Shown piece after piece: positions 55,596 to 64,000 of a DNA stretch of 64,000 nt. The position numbers and the translations under genes are program-made. The stretch spans positions 199,392,001 through 199,456,000 of the forward strand of contig OZ024741.1 of NCBI GenBank assembly GCA_964016885.1, written 5' to 3'. The notes beneath the pieces were generated by a model. It did no database searches and was not told the origin of the DNA. It saw nothing but the letters and a program-made list of their open reading frames with translations. The DNA comes from Eledone cirrhosa (lineage: Eukaryota). The stretch's first letter is position 1, and every line of letters starts with the position of its first letter.

Positions 55596-56139
55596 TAATA
55601 ACAAAGCATTACTGCCTTATTTGGGGTTGCATTGCTTATACTTTCATTTTCCACTGGATAAAGATAGATGTGAAACAATGTTGTTGTTAATACAGACATT
55701 GCAATGTGTTATGTTTTTTTAAGGATTAACATATTATTTAGGTATTATGTGACCACATATTATATTGCTTGTTTCAGTTTGACCTTTTCCTCACATTTAA
55801 GGGAAAAGAGCTTTAAAAAAGACATCATTATCTCTATCATGTCTCACAGCCTGATATTCATTGCAGTATAACAGTACTGCACCAGATGAATGAAAAACTG
55901 CTTCTCCAAACACTCTGAACATATCAATTTTCCGCTATCAGCTTCATATAAATGCTACATTCTATCCAACATGATAAAATCCTCATGCCATCATGATTTG
56001 AATGTGCCTAGTGTATATTCAACTTAACAGAACCCATAGTTTTCTAAGCAGTGCAGCAATTTATTGCTAAGGCTAGTTAATGTTTCATTGTCTATGTAAA
56101 AGATTTATTGGCAGCTATGTAATTGCAGTATTATTGATG

Positions 56140-56795
56140 GATGGGCAGTGGATTGGCAGTATCGGTAGAATATCAGACAACATGCTTTATAGTTATAGCC
56201 CTTTATTATCTGAGTTCAAATCCCGTCAAGGTTAGCTTTCCCTTTCATTCTTACGGGGTTGATAAAATAAAGCACCAGTAACACACTGGAGTTGATTTAA
56301 TCAACTTTACCTTTCCCAAAAATTGTTGGTTTTGTGCCTAAATCAAAAATCATTATTATTGTTGGATGATAGGGAGTTAGCAGAATTAGTAGAGCATCGA
56401 ACAAAATACCATTGTGCTATTTGTTCCAGTTCAAATCCTGTTAAAGTCAACATTGCCATTTATTCTTCCAAAGTCAATAAAATAAAGTGGCAATCAAGTA
56501 TTGGGGTTGTTATAATCGACTTTCTCCTTCTGCCAAATTGCTAGTCTTGTGCTTAAATTAGAAACTACTATTATTGATGTTATTAGAGTGGTAGATTGGC
56601 TCTGTTGGCTGAGTGTTGGACAGTATTTAATTACAAATTAACAATTACGACTTTATACATTCTGAGTTCAAATCCAACCTAAGGCCAACTTTGCCTTTCA
56701 TCTCTCTGAGTTTGATAAAATATTGGAGTTGGTATAACTGGTTTTCCCCTTCCTCCAAATTGTTGGTCTTGTGCTGGTGTTAGAAATAATTATTA
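56140..56795 (+). mobile_element. Three tandem Meta-domain SINEs of different ages
   Basis: Each has GTTCAAATCC...TTTCATC/TTTATTC...GATAAAAT/AATAAAAT...TTGTGC and an (ATT)n tail. Confidence 0.8.
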
Positions 56796-59542
56796 TGAGA
56801 GTTATTAAAGACACTTATCTCTTCAACAGGTCATCGAATACATCGTAAGAAATGGCTTAGGTTCAGATACTACATTCATGCTATCATTTACCCACAATTA
56901 AGCCTGATTAATAAAGGAAAGAAACATGTCATAGCTATTCCTAGTTTTTCCTTCATTTAGTTACTCCTAATAGGAAAGTCATCCAGATGTAATATTATTT
57001 CCTATCATAATTGGAGAATTAACAGAGTCATTAGAACATCAAATAGTACTGTTGACTGAAACTAGTTTAAGCAGTTTTTTCATCAGTATCTATGAGATGT
57101 GTTTTCTGCATTTTAAATGATATATATTGAAGTTTAATCAGATTTTATGACAGAAGCAGTTGAAATGTATCTGTTTACATAGACTGAACCAGATTCACAA
57201 GGCTGAAATACACAGTGACAGTTTTACACAGAGGAGAATAAGAATTTCAATACTTCAAGCAAAGAAACCATTTTCTCCATGGGACTTATTTAGATCTAGG
57301 TGATCATTTCCTTTATACGTTTTTGTCTTTTTTTTATGGATACAGAGTACAACTCCTTTGACAAAATATTAACTCTTAATGTACTGTACCACATGAAAGT
57401 ACATTAGGAAGACATCTTTGAAGAACACTTTGACTGCATCACATTCAAAGTAATGGCTACTCTGATACTGCAGAATTTTTACAACAATCTGTTCATTAGA
57501 AAAGCTACTATAAACATTTGAATTAATAAACTTATTTTTAGATATTTTCTGCTAAATCACTATAGAATGTTAAAAGTTAACTATCAACGTTTCAGCTAAC
57601 AGACTAACATTCTGTTAGAGGTTATTGTCAGATATATTTGTATTACTGAGTAGTTATAATCAATCTGAACTATACTTATTACATGGAGCTAACTGATTAA
57701 ATCTTCTATGACTACGTGCACAAATTAGCCAGTTTTATTGTCATTTATATTCGTGTATATTGCTTTAGCACTAGAGTAAATTAGCATGACATAATTTCTC
57801 TGAACACTCAAACATAATTTGCTGCTTTCAGTGTATAAAAGTGCCACATGCCCACACAAATGTACACTTAGATATATGATCATACACACACATTTAACTG
57901 TTCTTTTTTTAATTTCTCATGTAATTACTCTCTCTACTTACACACTACTCTAGACAAATGTAGTTACTATGCATGTATGTATGTTTAGTGCCTGAGTGTA
58001 TGGTTAGTCCACGGGTGTGAGAGACCCCTAGTTCATGTTATGGCATCATTTTAGGAGAAGGAAAACTCAGATGTAAAACCTGTGACTCAATGGCAGCCAA
58101 TGATATTGACTTGTTCTTCTTTTTGGATACCTGTCACTGGTGTTCAGAGAGTAGGATTGGTCCAGTGCAAGGCCTTTCTTCACTTAAAGAAGCATCTAGC
58201 AGAGGCATCACTTGATCTAAATGACTTTCACATGTGTTGTGTTAGCATGGCTTTTTCTTTTTCTTTTGATGGAGCATATGCAGAAAGGAATATATATCCT
58301 TGGTTAGACAGGTTGTCATTCTGAGAACTGACAGGTGAGATAACTGTGTCTCACTCATACATTCCATTTTTAGCTTGGTTTCTACAGCTGGATGGTCTTC
58401 CTAACACTTCACAGCATATACCAGGTGCAATCTTGTAGATTCAATATTATGTGAGATAATTATGTGAAATAAAGTGTTTACTGCGAAAATACAATAGTAA
58501 GTATAGAGTAATGTAAATGCTAAAGGGTTAAATATAGGTACAGGCTTGACTGTATGTTCTGGGTTCAATCTTGCAGTTCAGCATCTTTTGTGACCATCTT
58601 GTACCATAACCTTAGCTTGATCAATCCCTTATGAGTGGAATTTGATTATTGGAAACTATGGAAGTACATCACACACACACCTTTCATCAATAATATATCA
58701 ATGAAGAATGTAAAGATCAGCAAAAAGTTGATCCCTTGCACCAAATTAGCCCATTAGAAATCTGTAAACAATAGTGTTATTGTTTACAAATTTTGATTAA
58801 AAATAAATAATCAAATGCTACTTAGTGCATCATTTGCCCTACTTTGGCAGAGCCGAAGTTGCCTATTAGACAAACAAATAACATGTTTTGTTCATCTTGT
58901 TATATTGGCATATTAACCAACTTTATTTCAATTAAATCTTTATATTTTACTTTTTTATATTTATTTGTTGTTATTTAACCCCAAATCAGCCCAGACCTTT
59001 GATCAAAGGCTGCCCCGTATAACCATTATGTCATTTTTCTTTTTGTATATCTGAAAGTACAATGTTGTATGGCAGTAAAACATGGGCAGTTAATACAAAA
59101 GATATAAAGAGACTCGAGAGAAATGAAGTGAATATGCTCTGTTGGATGTGCAATGTTAGTATGTATGAACAATGGGACATAGATGAACTTGGAGTCTAAG
59201 AGGAATTAGATGTTGTGATGTATATGGATGATGATCACATTGTGTAGTGCTAGGAAAGAAGCTACAATAGTGGAAGATCAAGAAAAGTCTAGGCAGAGTT
59301 AGAGCAGATCTAAAAATGCTGAACGATACAGAGGAGATGCGAAAGGAATGCTGCAAGTAGGGGAAACTGTGCTGGGAATGACCTCTCTTATGAAATCTCT
59401 TTAGAACTGTATACACAGTAGATGGTAGAGTGGTGTGATCCTAAATATGCAACATTGTTGTTCTAAGTTTAAAATGATTATTTGAAATAATTCCCACAGC
59501 TTAATCTTACAGCCATATTTGTAAAACCTTTTTCTGTACTAA

Positions 59543-60570
59543 TCATCATCATCATCATCGTTTAACGTCCAAGTTCCATGCTAGCATGGGTTGTCCCATT
59601 TGAAGCAAGTCAGGTCAGGTGACCGTGTTTTACTCATACAGTTTCTGGCTTGGTTTCTATGGCTAGATGCCCTTCCTAAAGCCTACTACATTTAAAGGTG
59701 TATGGTAGGGGGTGGGAGGATAGAAGTTAAGTGGTGCTCACTAGATGTATGCTTTAACCTGTGTGCATGGGAAGGCAGGTCTTCTGTATTATTGCATAAC
59801 ACCAAAGATTTTAATCCTGTGTCATTGCCTTTGAGTAGTGCAATTGTGCTAGGTCAGCTTTTATCACCTCATCCCAGGTCTTCCTACTCCATAGCTTCCA
59901 TCAACTTTGATCGCCCTGAACCTTTTTATACAGTTGTCATGCTTCATACACATCACATTGCCATACCAATACAATCTCCTCTCTTGCACACTGCATCTGA
60001 TTCCTCTTATGCCCAGTTTCTCTCTCAGTTCATTTACGCTTTGCCGTTCATATATATTACTATTACACATCCAGTGAAGCATGCAAGCTTCATTTCTTTC
60101 CAATTTTCACAAGTCCTCTGCACACAGCACCCAGGTCTCACTACCATGCAACATTACTGTGTGTAGACATGCATCATACAATTTGCTCTTCATTTTGACG
60201 GAAACATCTTTTGTAGTTAGCAACGGTAGTAGCTCCCTGAACTTTCTCCATCCCATTCTTTCTGTGGCTACTATACTTTGAAAACACCCTCCTCCACTGC
60301 TAGTTTGGTCACCTAGGTAGCAGAAACTGTCAACTATTTCTACAGAGCCCACTGGGTATTTCAAGGCGCTAGTATCATATGGGCTCTTACTACCTGTGCA
60401 TCAACCACATATAAAACCTACGTTCTTTGATAGCCTGCCTATGATTCTATCATATCTTTTGTGTACCCATAAGTTGCATTTGGGGCAAAGGATGGAATTT
60501 CTAACTATAGTGAGCAAGGCCATTTCTCTGAGGGAATCAGAGTCCTGTTTTCCTCTCTACGTAATAGGAC
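59543..60570 (-). mobile_element. 5'-truncated RTE LINE with 3' UTR and tail
   Basis: VDSFCYLGDQ, MLHGSETW, RRLYWYGNVM; frameshifted. Confidence 0.9.
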
Positions 60571-61939
60571 TTAAGTCTTTGACAATGTATATATATTTAC
60601 ACACAGCCTCACAATGCTATATATATTCATAGGCAAACTTTAATCCACAATGGTTTAGTAGCTAAAATTTATATCCAAGCAATATGTTTAGACAGCTGTA
60701 CATTAGGTTTCAACATTGTAAATCTTCAAAGTGATAAAATAGTATGTCAAGAATTTTAAGCACTTTATTTTTTTTCCTTATTTATTTATTTACTTTTTGG
60801 TATTAGTAGAATGAGGGATTACAGTAATCTTACCATTCTTGAGCTATACACAATTCTATCATAGAATAAATATCCACAAACTCTAACCTTGCAACCTTTT
60901 CCTTGTAGTAATATGTGAGTAAAGCTCTGAATATTAGTCCATTTATAGCTAAACTATAATCTTTTCTTTCATTAATGTATCTACCTTTCTCTTTCTTATT
61001 TCCCTTCTTTCTCCTGTTTCCCTCTCTTTCCCCTCCCCCTTCTGTGTGGTCATCTAGTGCAGTGCTCTAATGCTGCACTGATTATAAGGTTATGAAACAT
61101 GATAAAGATGATGGCACTCTTTATAATACTGAGGCAATTGGATGCAAAGGACTTTGTTTGAAGAGCATCTGTTTTTTGCTGATGTTTACATATTCACTAA
61201 TATACATTGATGAAACATACATATATTCATACATACAGTAGGCTTATGCAGTTTCCACCTACCAAATTCCACTAGCCATAGATTACATGTACAAAACCCA
61301 ATGTTAATGTCAAATACTCTATCTTTAAAACAGTATGTTCACACTTGTAAATTAAGTTCCCTATTAATAGTATAATAGTAGAAAAAAATATTTCTCTTGA
61401 ATAGAAATATTAATTGTGTAACCATTTATATATATATATTGTGTAATCATTTACATATAAAACAAACTGAAAAGCTGGGGCCATCTGAATTTTATTAGAA
61501 AATTAATGAAATTATTATTTAAAAAGTGTTATTGTAATACTGACAAACTGTTTATTATTTAACTGGTCTTCAATGATAGGGAATTTATTTGTACTCTGAA
61601 TAATCTTGAAGTACCAACCAACATCTTTGTCAATCTCTATCTCTTAATAAAGTAGTCAATTTTTAAATATAATCAAATATTTTATTGGAAATGCACACAC
61701 AAAATTGAAGCAAACATACTGATATAAGATTTGTCTCAATATAAAGTTATGTTCTTGCACAAGTTCTTTTGAGAGAGATGAAAAACATTTGAAAATAATC
61801 TGTGTCAATAACAAAATACATTCAAGTAGAGAATAAATGTTTTGACTATAAGTGATTAATTATTAGATATAAGGTTCATAGTGAAAGATTTGAGTGAAAG
61901 ACAAACATTGGGAACAGAAGCACTGACCAGTTAGAAATA

Positions 61940-62560
61940 GTTTGACTGTTGGGGAGAAGAATATTATACACCAACCACTTGTTGGGCAGGAGAAAATCAT
62001 CTTCCAACCCCTTCATATTAAACTAGGACTAATGAAACAGTTTGTCAAATGGCTTAATGTGGAGGGTGACTGTTTCAATTCATATGTACAACATTTCCTG
62101 GCCTAAGTTATGATAAAATAAAGGCTGGTGTTTTTGACAGGACACAAATCAGAAATTTAATGAAATGCCAAAACCTCTTGAGCTCAATTACTGATGTAGA
62201 GAAGAGAACATAAGATTCATTTGTGTCTGTTGTGAAAGGATTTTGGGGTCAGCAAAAAGGCTGCAAACTACAAGGATTTGGTGCAGACATTGCTTGGTAG
62301 CTTTCATCTTTTAGGCTGCAATATGAGCATAAAGATTCATTTTCTCAAGAGCCATCTCAATGAATTTCCTGCTAATCTTGGAGACATGATTGATGAGCAT
62401 GGTGAGCGCTTCCATCAAGATATCAAGGTTATGGAGGAGAGATATCGAGGTAGATGGAACACATGCATGATGGCAGACTACTGTTAAAGTATTCAAAGAG
62501 GCTGTATAGACATGAAACACTTCAGATGCTCTCGTAAGCGAGACTTTGTTGCATGAATAT
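61940..62560 (+). mobile_element. Chapaev-like (CMC) DNA transposase C-terminal remnant
   Basis: PLHIKLGLMKQFVK, IKAGVFD..QIR, LGCNMSIKIHFLKSHLNEFPANLG..DEHGERFHQDIKVMEERY.G.W..MMADYC. Confidence 0.8.
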
Positions 62561-64000
62561 ATTGGCTAGGTTATGATTGTTAGTGCTTTATCCATTTTAT
62601 TTGAGAATTAACAAGATGTATTTAATAAAAGGTGATGTATCATATATTCCAACTATAATATCAGATTATATTTCACTTAGATAGGGATATATTAAAATTA
62701 TTAATTATTCCATTACTAAGATAGTTCTTACATAAAATTATTTTGAAAAGTTTTAATTTTAATAGGAATTTTAAATAGTTGGTTTTGTTTTAAAGAACCA
62801 AGCTGGTTTTATAAGGGTTAAAGTAAACATTTTGAAAAGGAATTTCATGCATTTGGCCTAAAATTGACAAAACCTGAATTTTACTCTGCAGCAATGTTTT
62901 TGTTCACTAAGTTGTCTTTTGCAGATATTTTGGCCTTCATATTCTAGTTTTTCCACAACTAATGTATCTATTGAATTTATTTCTATGTGTAGTTCTTCTC
63001 TTCATTAATCCAAAGCATTGTTAAAAGGATCCATTCTGATATGATTAACACCATATTCTACTGTCAGACATTATGAATTAAAGTGTGTACACTATTTGAT
63101 GGCATATAAGACCTCTTTTTTAAAAGATATAATAGTTTAAAAAATATCACCCAGATCTTATATGTAAACCTGGGGCAACTAGTTGACACTTGCTTTTTGT
63201 CTTAATTTTTCCCTGCTGGGATGAAGAGGGTGCTGAGATGAGGGTGTCTTATATGTCCAGGGATTCTATTTGCCATCAAATATGGTAAGATAGAATTTTG
63301 CTTGTCAACAAGATTGATGTTTTCAATTTTTCTATAAAATTTTCCTTAATTCCATAACAGAGCTCATTTATAATGACAAATAACTAAGAATGTATTATCT
63401 ATCTTTTATAACTTTGGGGTTGCCATAAAAAGGAAAGTAGGTTATTTAAAGTTTCTTTTTACTCAATAAAGAATTCTAGGCTTTGTCTATGTTTAAGCTT
63501 AATGTTTTTAATTTAGATAAATAACACCTTATACCCATTTAAGATTGAGGATTAATGCTAGAAGAAAGCACTTTTATCTGCTTTCTTAGTCTTTATTTAT
63601 TTATGTACATTATGTCATAGGGTATTGTCCCCAAAAGCAAAATCTGTAAGCTGATTTTATTGACTGGTGAAGCTAATTCAATTCTCTTATGATACTAACT
63701 TTGAGAAACAAATAATGTCAATCAATTTCATTCTTCTCTCTTATAAAAGTCTGATCTTAAAGTTGGGTGGAAAATTGGTTTAAAATTTAGTTTCCTCTAT
63801 ATGCAATCACATCAATTATTGATGCAAAGGTTGCTTTAAAGTTTGTTAAACCCCAAATTAATGAAAACACATGATTAAGAAGTAAGTTATTATGATTCTG
63901 GGCCTCAGCAGAGGTATACTGTACTTTCTATATGATCTTGTGATAATATCTAAAACCTTATAAATATTGTGTATTGTACAAAAATTGATGATACTTTGAT

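Overview
AT-rich, repeat-dense eukaryotic (animal) DNA. The mix of very abundant (TA)n/(CA)n/(TACA)n microsatellites, RTE LINEs and RTE-tailed or Meta-domain tRNA-SINEs suggests a cephalopod (octopus-like) genome; this is an inference. No intact host gene is recognisable, and nearly all ORF-track entries are microsatellite artefacts or transposon fragments. Identifiable elements are several RTE LINEs (one 2-kb near-intact, 5'-truncated copy with a PHD-like finger, one with three C-terminal C2H2 fingers), remnants of R4/Dong, CRE, CR1, Tx1/L1 and Penelope retroelements, remnants of mariner, pogo and Chapaev-like DNA transposons, hAT, Tc1-like and TTAA MITEs, and many SINEs. The most striking hidden signal is a set of minimal type-I hammerhead ribozyme motifs from several unrelated sequence families (about 2.6, 3.9/4.1, 4.9, 42.6, 42.9/43.1, 46.9 and 47.3 kb). 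Several sit in ORF-less fold-back (long inverted-repeat) units inserted in (TA)n, one family shows compensatory base changes in stem II, and one lies downstream of a decayed Penelope RT. Other oddities are a 365-bp templated inverted insertion with a 12-bp duplication and TAACCC filler, a perfect 68-bp-arm hairpin, an in-frame 36-bp x9 tandem array, and a weak chain of candidate first exon plus microexons.
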